From Owenia fusiformis (Eukaryota), in contig CAIIXF020000001.1 in the NCBI GenBank assembly GCA_903813345.2, positions 25,358,001-25,422,000 on the forward strand: a stretch of DNA of 64,000 nt, in the 5' to 3' direction. Both the position numbers and the translations under genes were made by a program. The notes under the pieces are model-generated. The model saw only the letters and a program-made list of their open reading frames with translations, searched no databases and had not been told where the DNA came from. This document shows, in pieces, positions 1 to 48,661 of this stretch (positions are counted from its first letter, which is position 1; each line of letters starts with the position of its first letter).

Positions 1-499
1 CACTTGGTCCACGCATGTACTTTCTTCATGTCGTTCACATGGTAGAACATGTGAAAACAACATTCTTGTTCCCTTGGCAACTGCAAAAGAATGAGATGAT
101 TCAGCCACTCCATTGGGGCTGATAAAAAATAAATAATTGATGAGATTATGTTAAACAAAAAATTCAAACAAATTATGTTAACGGTATATTTGGTTTTTTC
201 TTTTTGTTTTGTTAATGCAATGTCTGTTTTCTTTGGAATGGTTTCATGACTTCAAAAAGTCATTTTTTATTATCTTGAAATGTTGTGTGGAAAACTTGTG
301 GAAAGGGTCATAAGGTGATGGTATTTTTGTAAAAAAAAATTGAAAAATATAAAAACAAATGTAAAAAATTTAACTTGTTGGTTGTGTAGTTTGTTTCTTT
401 ATCCACATCAAACAGGGTATGATGTTACCATGGTAATCCATATATGGAAATTCCCTTATATTCCCCTCACCAATCCCATTTCCATCCGTTAAGTGAAAA

Positions 500-1340
500 T
501 GGAATAAGGTTAATTTTAACAATTGCCTCAGAGGTGTGGATCAATGAAAATATCCCAATGGAAACAATGCATTTGTGTTTCCTTAAATGTGTACTTGGTG
601 TTAAAAATTCAATAGCAACGCCTGCAATTCATGGAGAATTTGGACGTTATACATTAGAAATACGTTTCTAAATCGAGCTAATCAAATATTGGCTCCGTTT
701 ACGACCTATCCTCTGAAAACATTCTTTATAAAACATACATATATGACCGTAAAATGATAATTGGTTTTTAGACACATGGTCAAGTAAAATCATTGATATT
801 CTTTAAAAATGGGACTTATTTTCATATACGATTTTTCATTTATTTTCTCATATATGCATCATATCAAGTAATGATCAAAAGTTAACGACCATGCTTGGTG
901 ATAATGTGTTAATTCTAGTCTTCACAAAATTGTCAAGCAGTTTTATTCATAGTTTAATTTGGGTGATATTTCTATGTTTCATAAAAAAATATTAGCCCAG
1001 GAGTCTAGGAGACTGTTCTCCAAACCGTGACTTGTCCTTTAAGAATGTCTTCGAAAGTGTAATATATTTATATATTCAAAATAAAAACTATAGACACGCT
1101 ATTTCCAGGCTTAGGCTCAGTTCACACAAGTCAAACATAGAACTAGGCCGTTATTTAAAGCCAATAGATGAACGTCTATGCAATACCTGTAATACTTTGG
1201 AAGATGAACAACATTTGCTCATGAGTAAAAACACACAGAAGAAAACTTTTATTCAATACCATTAGGAAATTTGATTTTATAGGCAGGCCTCAGATGTTAT
1301 GTTTAAACAGCTCATGTGCCACAAAAGTTCTTATGTAATT
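500..1340 (+). mobile_element. Degraded non-LTR retrotransposon ORF2 C-terminal fragment
   Basis: FLKCVLGVK...HGEFGRY and ISRLRLSSHK..IELGRY...RLCNTC..EDEQH motifs with frameshifts. Confidence 0.75.
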
Positions 1341-1554
1341 CATTCAAAGAATTAAGATGAATATTGTTTCAATGATACATCACACTGACATTTTTATATT
1401 TTTCCATTTTCTTATGCTGTATATATTTTAAACTGACCTTTATTTTTGCATTTGTCATTCTCGAATATATTTTTTGCAGCTAGTTTAGTTTAAGTTATAT
1501 TTGAATATTGCAAGAATTAGTAATCTTCAGACTTTCCTCCTTGACCGGTTAGAG

Positions 1555-2905
1555 TTATTATCCCATCGAACGAAGTTCGGAGGGATATAGGGAACGCCTC
1601 CGTCCGTCCGTACGTACGTCCGTCCGTACGTACGTCTGTCCGTACGTACGTCCGTCCGTACGTACGTCCGTCCGTCCGTCCGGGCAATAACTCAAATACC
1701 GTTGGACCGATTTTGTTCATATTTTGTACACATATACCCTATGGGGGTAGAAGTTCTGCTCGAAAGCCGATTTTCAAAATGGCCGCTCATTTCAAAATGG
1801 CGGCCACTTTAGTGACGATTTTACAGTAATTTAGGTGCAATATGTAAAACTGTAATAGCAATATGTTTTAAATGTAAAAAAATTATAAAGGACATTAATA
1901 ATGCTACAAATGTAGATATTAAAGAAGCACATGGCAGCCATCTTGAAAAATGGCGGCCTTTACTCGTCATTTTACGATTTTGGCTATAACTCAAAAATAG
2001 TGGAGCGATTTTGTTCATATTTGGTATGTGAATACTATAAGCATTGCACACTGTCTAAAGACACTTTTGGTAGAAGGCGCCCATTTTGAAAAATGGCCGC
2101 CATTTAAAAAAATGGCCGCCATTTTAACGCATTTTACTATAACTATAAAAGTAGTGGAGCAATTTTGTTCATATTTGGTATGTGAATACTATAAGCATGG
2201 CACACTGTCCTATGACACTTTTGGTAGAAGACGGCCATTTTTCAAAATGGCCACCATTTTAACGCATTTTACTATAACTCGAAAAATAGTGGAGCGATTT
2301 TGTTCATATTTGGTATGTGAATACTATAAGCATGGCACACTGTCCTATGACACTTTTGGTAGAAGGCGGCCATTTTGAAAAGAATTTTGAAAAATGGCCG
2401 CCATTTTAAAATATTTTACTATAACTCGAAAAGTAGTGGAGCGATTTTGTTCATATTTGGTATGTGAATACTATAAGCATGGCACACTGTCTATTTCTAA
2501 TGACGCTTTTGGTAGAAGGTGGCCATTTTGAAAAATGGCCACCATTTTAACGTATTTTACTATAACTCAAAAAGTAGTGTAGCGATTTTGTTCATATTTG
2601 ACATGTGAATACTTTAAGCCTGGCACATTGTCTAATAAAACTTTGGGGAGTAGTCCGCCATTTTGAAAAATGGCCACCATTTTTATGTGTGTTATTTTAC
2701 AAGTACGTGTGCGATTTTTCAAAAATTTTAGAGGTGGCTAATTAAAAGCATATTATTTCTTCTGATGACAACTTGGCTGGTGAGCAACCATTTTGAAAAA
2801 TGGTGGCCTTTCTGGTGTGTTGTTTTATGATATTTGCGCTTCGTTTGTAAAAATGCCAGCTATTTCTGTTCGATGGGATTCGCTACGCTTTGGCGTTGCC
2901 GTTGT
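1555..2905 (+). mobile_element. Helentron-associated (HINE/DINE-1-like) element
   Basis: subTIRs tcccatcgaac (1561) and gttcgatggga (2869), (CGTC/CGTA)n microsatellite 1600-1681, ~120-bp tandem repeats 1930-2810, 3' hairpin. Confidence 0.75.
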
Positions 2906-3269
2906 TCTGGTTTGGCAGTATCACTTATTCAAATCAAATACTAGTATCTCTAAAACTCGGTCAGATATTTAGCACCGGTGTCTGGAAGACCTCAAATGTC
3001 CCACCTTGGAATTGTTATCCGTTAGCTATCCGTACACTACTGGGACCGGCCAAGTGTTCAGATTAGCAGGTGTTCACATTTAAAGATTTGTGGTCTTGAC
3101 TCTCGAACCACCTTTCTATGTTCTTCTGTTTGCAGGGGGCCTCGCGCTCTTACTACCAAGGGGGCACCTGTGCATTCCATGTAGCACCAAAGGGTACGAT
3201 AAAATCTATGAATTATAATAAAACAAGTTAGGTACTGTTCTCTGGTTAAAGTTCTGGCTGATATCGTAA

Positions 3270-4680
3270 TTTCTTTTAAATTTTTTAATTCAAGTTTTAG
3301 ATTTACATTACAGTTAATACAAATATAATTAGGGTCGCTCATTTTTTTATAAGAATTTATATAAGGGGGTTACAGGGGAGGGGAGAGGCTATAATACTAG
3401 ATCTAAGTATAGTGGGTCAAAAACATCAAAATGTGAGAGTTTGATTTTTCTATTTAGGTCTTCTTTTTACCCCCTTAAAGGGGGGTTATGCATAATTTTC
3501 TATCATTGAATTTATTACATTTCATTTTCTGTCATGCAATTCTTCTTGTCCATGTGTTTTTGCAATATCTTTGTCAGTCCTTTTTTCTCTTATTAAGTAT
3601 CTTTGAAAAGCATTTATGGTAGGTGCTTTTTCTTCCAATTTATTAATGTACATGAATCTTGTTATTAGTAATGTAGCTAGGTTTTGGCTGATAGACAATT
3701 TTGGAGATCCTAACATAAAACCTTGGTCATAAGGTATCTCTTTCTTCAGGAGTCTGTAACATTGTTGTTTGAAATCTTCCATCACTTGGCATTTCAGGAA
3801 GCCATGTTCTATATCGTCTATTTGGTTGCTATTGCACAGTACGCATGTTTGGGTTTTTACTTTTTTCATTTTGAAAAGTATTTTCCTGAAGTATATTGCC
3901 CTATTTAGTATCCTATACTGAAAATATTTCATTCTCGTATCTTTTGTCAGTATGTTTATTAGATCATATATTTTCTTCCATTCTATGTCTTTTTGGAAGT
4001 AGTCTCTCCATTTGGTTTGACACGTAGGGGTCTTTTGTTTGTATTTTTTGCTGAGCTTTTGGTAAGTTTTTTATTGTCCCATGTTTTTAACCTCTCAATA
4101 TTATCTTGGTCATCTTATAAGTTGATGTTTGTCATTAAGGTTTTCCACCTTGGTGGTTTGCATCTTATAACAGTGTGGTAGTTGAGAAAGGTCTGGTTTT
4201 GTAAATTATATTTATTTCTTAGTTGATCATAACTTTTCAAGTGACCATTTAGGTATAAGTGCTTAATTCTTGTTATACAGTACCTTTCCTTTCCCATTCT
4301 TTATTTTGAAGCGGGTTTTTGTTTTGCTTTATACAGTCATTGTTCCTTATGATTTCATTGGAGGGGTTGTCAATATCCTGTTCTTTTATGTATTTTACCT
4401 CGTGCCGTATTTTAAGAACTTCATCCAAGCTTTTCAAATTAGTTGTAATTACTTCAGACTTGTAAGGGTTTTCAATGTTATACTCTAAAATGTTATTGTC
4501 TCTGTTTTTATCTAGTTTGCTCATCCAGATTCTTTTCCACTTACTGTTACAATCTTCATCTTTTAGTTTACGCAACCATTTTAGCTTTAGGTTTTTTGCA
4601 TACGATTCAAGGTGTGTCATATCTAGTCCTCCTTCTTCTGTTGTTCTCCTGAGCGTTGCTCGTAATTTGTGTTTTAACTA
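3270..4680 (-). mobile_element. Second, degraded copy of the same L1/Tx1-like LINE 3' end
   Basis: ORF fragments 3522-3932, 4115-4297 and 4273-4620 nearly identical to 27909-28664; KLKWL and CCHC motifs. Confidence 0.88.
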
Positions 4681-4891
4681 AGGATTACAGTTTTGACCAT
4701 GAATTGCATTGACATTTCAAGCAACCATGGTTATATTGAAGTTTTACATTTTAGTTGACATGAAAACCACAACATTCCAACAAAGGTTAACATAGTACTA
4801 TCATTTTTATTGAAAAATATTTATTTGCATTAAAACAGTTTCGTGTATTTAAATGAAAATGATTTTAACATTTAAATCTTGTAATACTTAA

Positions 4892-5255
4892 AGGGGCAAT
4901 AAGGACTGTAGAGAAATTAGGAAAGTTTTTTCATTTTTTCTGAGCTATCAAGGCATCATTTGGTTTAACATCTTCTTTGACATACCTATTTTCTTAAAAT
5001 GTATGGATAAATTATCAATTTCAGCATTAAGAAGTGTAAATTCAGTTCAAAGCTTCAAAAAGGGGACTTCCACTTTTATATTTGTAAGATCCACCATGTT
5101 TCAAGAGGAATATCAGCTAAAGTAATGTTTATCTAGGGGGTCTCTTTGTAGATAATAAAAATAGATGTTAGTCTTGATGAAATATCCAAACTTAGATATA
5201 TTTTGACACTGGTCCATGATCGTTGAATGACCCCTCTGCACTAATTATTGCACCT
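4892..5255. mobile_element. TTAA-flanked MITE (Kolobok-like)
   Basis: TTAA|AGGGGCAATAA ... TTATTGCACCT|TTAA; empty site cttaaagccctt at ~45909. Confidence 0.75.
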
Positions 5256-7158
5256 TTAAGCCCTTGCATCAAGTTTTTTGTACTGTCCATCAGAGGCTTG
5301 ATGCAAGACTCCATCGATACATTGTGAAGCGTCTTTAAAAGATTCTGTCTATGCAGTTGTTACGAGAATCGGCAGGCTAATTGCCTTTAGGATAGCTGTA
5401 ACCCAATCATGTTACCCTCAGTGTGCAAGTAAATTGGCTAGAGACTCGAGTAACAATCATCACCGAGGGAGCGCAGCGACCGAGTGTCAATATCATATTG
5501 CTCAAGGTCAATATCATATTTTCCGAGGAATAAAACCCATATTCAATCCCGACCAGAAATAACCTATTTATTCCATAATACATTCCTCTAAAATGTTACA
5601 TCTGGATAATGCTTTTATCAATTAGCCAAGGTTAAAAAATAACCGGGAAACCAAAAATAGGTTAATACATTCCAATACGATTTTTTCATGTAATACGATT
5701 CAATACGATTTTTATTCCTTCATATTTCCCTGGGAAACCAGTAGTATTATGGTATAATTTACCTTAATTAATGTCAATACATTACATATTAGGCATTGTA
5801 TTTACAGCAGATATTAGCACAGGGACAGCTACACACGTTTTATGATCCCAATTAGATCAAATATGAGCTGGGACGAAAGATGTAAAAATCCTCAATTTTG
5901 GGCTCTCCTGGATCACCAAATCTAGCTCATTATATCATGGCATCTCAGGGCTGAGAAGATATGAGATGTCATGGTTTATCATGACGAGCACTGGCAGAAA
6001 TATTCTTGTCAATCTCACTCGATATCCATATAATCTATTTTTAAGTTTTGGCACTTTGGAAATGCTTTTGGGTCATAAGCACGATTTGCACGTCATTCAT
6101 CGTTTGGCTGATGTAACTACAGCTCCTGGCAACTCAATCGGGTGATCTCCACCATCTCGTTTAGATGATTTGGTTGCAATTCGAATTTCTACGGCTCTTA
6201 CAAAAGCTGGTATAAATTATTTACATGCACATGCATAAAAGTGCAATGAATTGTCCCAATAATGCTACTATAGTTGCCTCCCCTTGTACTCGGTCTACTC
6301 CTGAAAGTAAATATAGAATATTATCGTATGATCTGTAAAATGAAGCCCTCTAATTGGTCAGTTCTTGGTCACTCTTGATATTCTGTAATGGCACTCGACT
6401 TCGTCTCGTTTCAATACGGAATTTCTCGAGTAGAATATATCCTGTATTGCACTTCAAATCATTCAATAACTTATAGGATTGTCTGAATTGACTAATAGTT
6501 ATGTGAATTAGCGAGTATGTGCATTCAATTCACATAATTGGTACCTGAGCAGAATTTGGCAATCATTTTTAAAAATCTTGAATGGGGGGATGGAAATTAA
6601 TTGTGACCTTAACAAAATATTTTGAATGTTAGAAATACTTAAAACTTTATCCTATGCAAATTTTATTGAGAATATCAGGAAAAAGAAGCATGTCTTACTG
6701 GTTTAAATAGTAACTACACAATTTTTTATTCGTCGGTACATAGCATGGACAGACTCGTTAGTTCAATATAAGCAATTTTACGTGTCAGTAACAAAGTTTT
6801 CTATTCTTTCACAAATGGCGCACGGAGTCGGTTTCAATGTTGTTAGTTTTCAACGAATGAAACTATTTTTTCCATATCTAACTCTAATAGGATAATCAGT
6901 CCCCATATCATGAGTGAACGCCAAGATTCAACAATTTATCCTACTATTAATGGTACAGCAACGTGAATTGAACACTACTAATTTCCATAAAGTTACCGTA
7001 TCACTAAAAATTAGTTTCCATGTCTTCCCGACGAATGCATTATTCACGTTACCACGCCCCAAGCGGAAGAAGATGGATCATGGCGTCAACACGCAATATT
7101 GGAACAATGTATCACTTTGCGGAGATTTAATATAAAGCAAGCTTAGGTGAACAAACTA

Positions 7159-42713
<35,555 letters not shown>

Positions 42714-43071
42714 GGTTTCGAACTTGCTAAGATAAAGACATCATTAGAACATCAAATAAAGGTCGCAACCAAAGCATACGTAAAACGTCAGGTGATGCAA
42801 TAGGTGATATGATTCAATCTATATAAGTATTACCGTAAAAAAGAAACCGCTTTGAAAAACCGATGACAGATATATTTGCAATAATAAAAAATGATTATTA
42901 GCGAGATAATAATTTTACATGTTGAAAAATATATGTTAAACATTCATACTTGAGAAATAATTTTTATTTGTGTTCAGTTATTTTATCTATTTTATTCAAA
43001 TTAAGTGTTTTAGAGTGATGACTGCTGTTACTAAGTCGACATTTCCGTTACAATTCAATCAGAAAACTTAC

Positions 43072-43200
43072 TTTTGCCCTTTCGATCGATGGTCCAATTA
43101 GGCTTCATTGCAAAATGCTGGCCACAGGAACAAAACCATCCAAAACATAAACACTGCGACGCTTGAAATAGTTTGAAGTGTTTAGCTATCCGACAGATGT
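43072..43200 (-). other. Probable 5' UTR exon of copy A (upstream boundary uncertain)
   Basis: Strong donor AAA|gtaagt at 43071 and ttag acceptor at 42727-42728; upstream ATGs are out of frame with the main ATG. Confidence 0.4.
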
Positions 43201-45019
43201 ATTTCAGAGATACAGTATATTATTTAAATTATCAAATAAAATCCGTGTACCATATCGATTTTTGTTACGTAAAGTCCAGTATTCAAGGCTGAGGTCAGTT
43301 ATAAAAGAATGCACTGTATCAAAATGGATCAAATCCTAACAAATTAGCTACCGGTTAAGGTTATAAATAGGATTTAAGTCCCCTTTTGATATATCTATGC
43401 ATGCAAAAGATTAATATTTAAATCCCGTCATTTATAATTTCCAAGGCCCTAAACTTTCTTTTACCGTATATTTTTAGTTTATGCCAATTGCAAAACGATA
43501 GCTACATATAAACATTGCAGCTCGCGTCTTGATTTATGGGATCATATTACCATAATAGGGAGTTTAAGATTAGCGTAAATAGGGAGGTTAAGATAAGCGT
43601 AAAAATATACGTGTACCTATCCCTATCCGTATATTTGTTACGGATGCGTATAGTAATGCGTATTGCAAAATGAGTTTAAGATTAACGTAAAAGGCTCGTA
43701 AACCGTATGCTACAATTTATGATAAAAATGGCATCCTAATTATAGAATGAAAACCATGCGATGGCTTATATGGCATATACCAGTACTTGCCACCTCCAAG
43801 AACTGTTATATACTTCAGAGAGAGTGTGGTGTAGCTGCTGTGGTTGGGAGGGGGTGTTGCTTGTGGGCCCGCTAATGGGGTAGTGACTTAAGGCGATGTG
43901 TTAAATTTCTAGCATGATCCAGCAATGAGAGTGACCAAATAGTAAAGTTAAACAATTAAAACCACCATTGCCGATTTCATACATTTACAATGAGCAAAAC
44001 TGATGAAGAATGTGTAAATTCAACAATTTCATGCATCCTCACATGGCACCGTTAATCGTATCAATGAATGTGTTCGACCACTTAATGTCACTATTTTTAA
44101 GTTTAATGAATGCTATTTGATCTACAAATGACATAATTTGTTGGATAAAAGCATACGTTTCCGAATTATCTATCTTCGGCCATTTATAGGTAATTACATA
44201 TCGAAAACCGTGTAACTAAAGGTAAAATTGCTGAAGATGGGTGGATTAATGACAGCTTAGGAATTAATCCGATAGACTTTATTTTCACTCTTTTGCACGT
44301 TATTGAAGATAACATATTTGTCATTTGTCAAACAAACGCATTTGTTTTTGTGGTCAAATAATTATCAGAACTTCAGTACGAGTTGTCTGAAAAAGCTTGC
44401 AATAACGTACCTACCTTCTTGGAAACAAGACACAGTGTGAACAGAATTGCACCCTTGAATATAATTTTGGCCCGGAATATTCAAAATGGGTACCCTAAAA
44501 TGTACCCAGACTACCAAAAACATTTCAAGTAACCATGGTTATTATGTCACAACCAAAAAGTGGTGACATATAGTTAAGGTCTCCGTTTTTTGGACGGAGG
44601 TTTGGGGTTGGCGATCAGTGGGTGGCGCTTGGTGGTTCGGGCGGTCGGCATCTGTAACAAATTCTTAAAACTACCAATAACTTAAAAAATACAGCTTAGA
44701 CTGGCTTCCGTTATTTCAAAATCATGTACAAGTTTTCAGAAGTTCAAATCTGACTTTATATTCAGGATTTGACCTTCAGTGACCTTTTCAAGGTAAAAAA
44801 AGGTAAAACAGGTCTTTTTTTGTACTTGCTTCATATTGACCATTTTTTAAAGAAATTTCATCGACAAGTTATCAGAAGTCCAAATTTGACTTTAGCTTTG
44901 GGTTTTGACCTTGAATGACCTTTTTTAAGGCCAAAAAAGGTCAAAAAGGTATTTTTCAACATGCTTCAATCATTTACAAGTTATCAGAAGTTTAAATTGA
45001 CTATGGATTTCACCTTCAA

Positions 45020-45684
45020 TTTCAGACAGTCATATGCTGGATTTTGGCTATTTTCTGAGGAATTAAGCAGATGCATATGTTAGACCAATGGATTATCTCC
45101 CGGAAAAGCACTCCTAGAGATGATAAAATAATTTCGACTTTGAGACAGGGGGATGCAAACAACCCACCCACATGTTTTTTCTGATATTTTTTCAACCCCT
45201 TTCATCCCTGCTTTTTAATTTTTCTTGCATCAATATGTTGTTTTGACACACACTTAACCCTTTAAAAGGAATAAGTGATTCCTTTTAGATGAAGTGGAAA
45301 ACAATATTTCCCATGTTATTTTCCCATAGGGAGAAACTCATGTGATCCAGTGCTTTCAGCTAATTTTGGTCACCCATAATCGATATCTCTAAAACCCCCG
45401 AAGGAATCACTTATTCCTTTAAAGGGGTTAACTGTGTGTCAAAACACAACGCAACGCATATTGACGCAAGAAAAATTAAAAAAGCAGGGGTGGAAGGGGT
45501 TGAAAATCAGGAAACCATTTCAGAAAAATCACGTGGGTGGGTTGTTTTCATCTTCTCTGTCTCAAAGTCGTAATTTTTTTATCATCTCTAGAAGTGCTTT
45601 TCCCGGAGGTTATGCATTGGTCTAACATATGCACCAGTTTAGATCCTCAGAAAATAGCCAAAATTCAACATATGACTGTCCGAA
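45020..45684. mobile_element. Degraded foldback (palindromic) element
   Basis: ~260-bp imperfect inverted arms starting ttcagacagtcatatg. Confidence 0.75.
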
Positions 45685-47900
45685 ATCTGTCCGATACTTT
45701 CCCTTTTCTCAATAATATGGTGAGCAACTTGGTGGTGGCATTTTGTCATGTTAATGCCTTGTATTGAAGTTTTACATTTCAGGTGATATGGAAACCACAC
45801 CATTCTAACAAAAGTTCACATATCAATTTTATTGAAAAATATTTATTCGTATTAAAGATAACCATGTTTTTAGATAACCATGTTCTTTAGAATTTGAATC
45901 TTGTAACACTTAAAGCCCTTAAAGATCCTTCTCAATAAGATCCGTCATAATAAAATTCTGCCTAGATGCAGTTGTAATGTAAATCGGTATACTAGTACGA
46001 TGATGTTGTCTATTAAGATAGATGCTTGAGCCCAACCATACTTCATAGTTGGAACACAAACATATAAATTTTGATATTGCGTATAAACAATACATGCACT
46101 TTTAAGGCGCTTCAAAAATTTAAGACGAGTTGAGAGTAAGCTTTAAAAATGTTTCCTGAATTTTTTCAATATTTTGCTTACAGAATTCCAGTCCATGCCT
46201 TGTTCAAAAAGTAAAATAGTTTTGAATCTGGACATTACTGCATCTTAAATCGTCAATTTGATCATGCAGTTATTCTGTTATTCTTTCTTCAGGAAATAAA
46301 ATTAGGATTATTTAGGAAACATTGACATGTTCGCAATATCATTTTATTCTCCTTTTTACTTGCTGCTATTGTAAAAATGGATGTGCAATGCTAATCACAA
46401 ATAAATAAAATGTATATACATGGTGTCTCAAGAATAACACTTTCCCAACCTAGTATATACAAAATGTTCTAGAGCCGTGTGTAGGGCCTAGTGTTGCTTT
46501 TGTCTTTGTTAAAAACAGTGCTAGAGTCTCCACTATTCTCCGATGATAAATTAAAGCATTTTCTTAACAGTCTTTATATTGTTTCCTTGTCCTTATGATA
46601 TGACATGGACATTACAACAATTTTATGCAAATGTTCATACATCACGTGACAGCAGCAGGAGGAACTTCTATTGAATTAAAACGTCATCTGTATAACATGG
46701 GCAGAAATCTGGTTCTCTTCCCACTTGGTATCCATATAACTTTTTTTTTATTTGGCACTTTGGTGTCATAAGTACGATTTGCACGTCATTCATTGTTTTG
46801 CTGATGTAACTACTGAGCCTGGAAACTCAATCGGGTGTTCTCCACCATCTCGTTTAGTTGATTTGGTTGCAATTCGAATTTCTAAGTGTATGGGTCTTAC
46901 AAAAGCTGGTATAAATTATTTACATGCACATGCACAAAAGTGCAATGAATTGTCCCAATAATACTACTATAGTTGCTTCCCCTTGTACTCGGTCTACTCC
47001 TGAAAGTAAATATAGAATAAGGTTGTCTAGATTGACTAATATTTTGAATATTAGTGAATGAGCGAGTCTGTGCATTCGATTCACATAATTGGTACCCGAG
47101 CACAATTTAGTGATCCCTTTTTGAAAATCTATGATGAACACGGAAATTGATTGTGACATTAACAAATTATCATGTATGTTAAAGGCAGAATTAGATCTAC
47201 AGGGGTGAATAATTACAAGCAACATGAACAATTGACATATAATCTATTCTTTATAATCGTAAAAACCATATTTCCCAAAAGATGTACAATATGTTATAAA
47301 TTGATGATTCAGAAGTTATTAAAGATTAAAAGTTCAAAAATGTGTGAAAATGTGTAAATTCTCCCAAATAATAAGAATGGTAACCATTCTTATATAAAAA
47401 ATACTGTATAAGTGGTATTTAATCCGAGTGGTTAATTTGCCGAATAGTAAAATTTTATCAATTTCCTAATTTTGATTTTCCTAATGACAAGAAACTTCCC
47501 ATTGGATAACAATATGAAGACAATATTTCCGACATTTAATTTTCTGAGCCTGGCAAAAATTAGGCAATAGGCAAACTAAATGATTAGGCAAAATTACCAC
47601 TTATATGTAATACTTTATTGTAAAATCGTTAGTTTTCTTGAAATAAAGTGTGCGCTTTAGAAATTTTTAGAAAATAAACATGACAAGGAATGACATGAGC
47701 CAAATATATTCTAAGATAGAAACAATTTTTTGTTGGCCTGCTCGCTAGTTCTGATTCTCTCTTTAAGAATGCTTTGACGTTGATAATGTGCAAATATTGA
47801 GAATATCAGGAAAAATTAAGCATGTCTTACTGGTTTAAATAGTTACTACACACACTATTTTTTATTCATCAGTACATAGCATGGACAGACTCGTAAGTTC

Positions 47901-48223
47901 CAGGGGCGGATCTGGGAACCAACAAGGGGGGGGGGGGCCCAAACTTCTTGTCTGAGAAAAAAAAGTCCGCGGAAAATTTTTTTAGGCCCCTAAAACCAAA
48001 ATTTGGGCCCAAATTTTGAAATTTTGAGGCCCATTTTCTTCAAAATTTGGCCTAAAATGAAAAAATAAGGCCTTAGAAGGCCCATTTATGACCAAAAAGG
48101 CCCACTTTTTGGGGCCACAAGGCCTTTTTTTGCTCAAAAATTTTTTTGGGCCCAATTTTTTTTTTCTGGGCCCACCCGAGGGGGGGGGGCCCGGGCCCCT
48201 GGGCCCCCCCATATCCGCCAGTG
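47901..48223. mobile_element. hAT-like MITE
   Basis: CAGGGGCGGAT ... ATCCGCCA ends, imperfect 8-bp duplication gtaagttc/gtgagttc; empty site at ~6757 in copy A flank. Confidence 0.7.
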
Positions 48224-48661
48224 AGTTCAATATAAGCAATTTCACGTGTCAGTGACAAACTTTTATATTCTTTCACACATGGCGCACGGTAATTGTCGGT
48301 TTCAATGTTTTTAGTTTTCAACGAACGAAACTACGTTTCACCATATCTAACTTATATGATATAGAAACTATATTACAATTTATCCTACTGGCAATGGTAC
48401 AGTAACGTGAATTGAATGATGCCAGAACGTTCACTACTCGTTGCCATTCGAATTAGGATACCTAACACTGCTAACTGCCATAAAGTAATCGTATCACTAA
48501 AAATTAGTTTCCAGGTCTCCATGACGAATGCATTATTCAAATTATCATAATTATCACGCCCTAGGCGGTAAAATATGGATCATGGCGTCAACACGCAATA
48601 TTGGAAAAATGTATCACTTTGCGGAGATTCAATATTAAGCAAGCTTAGTTTGGACGAGCTA

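Noticed and set aside
1930-2810. Regular repeats resembling a CRISPR array
   Set aside because: Whole units repeat with no unique spacers, there are no cas genes, and the context is eukaryotic
47982-48321. Gly/Pro/Lys-rich ORFs
   Set aside because: Translations of the low-complexity interior of a hAT-like MITE
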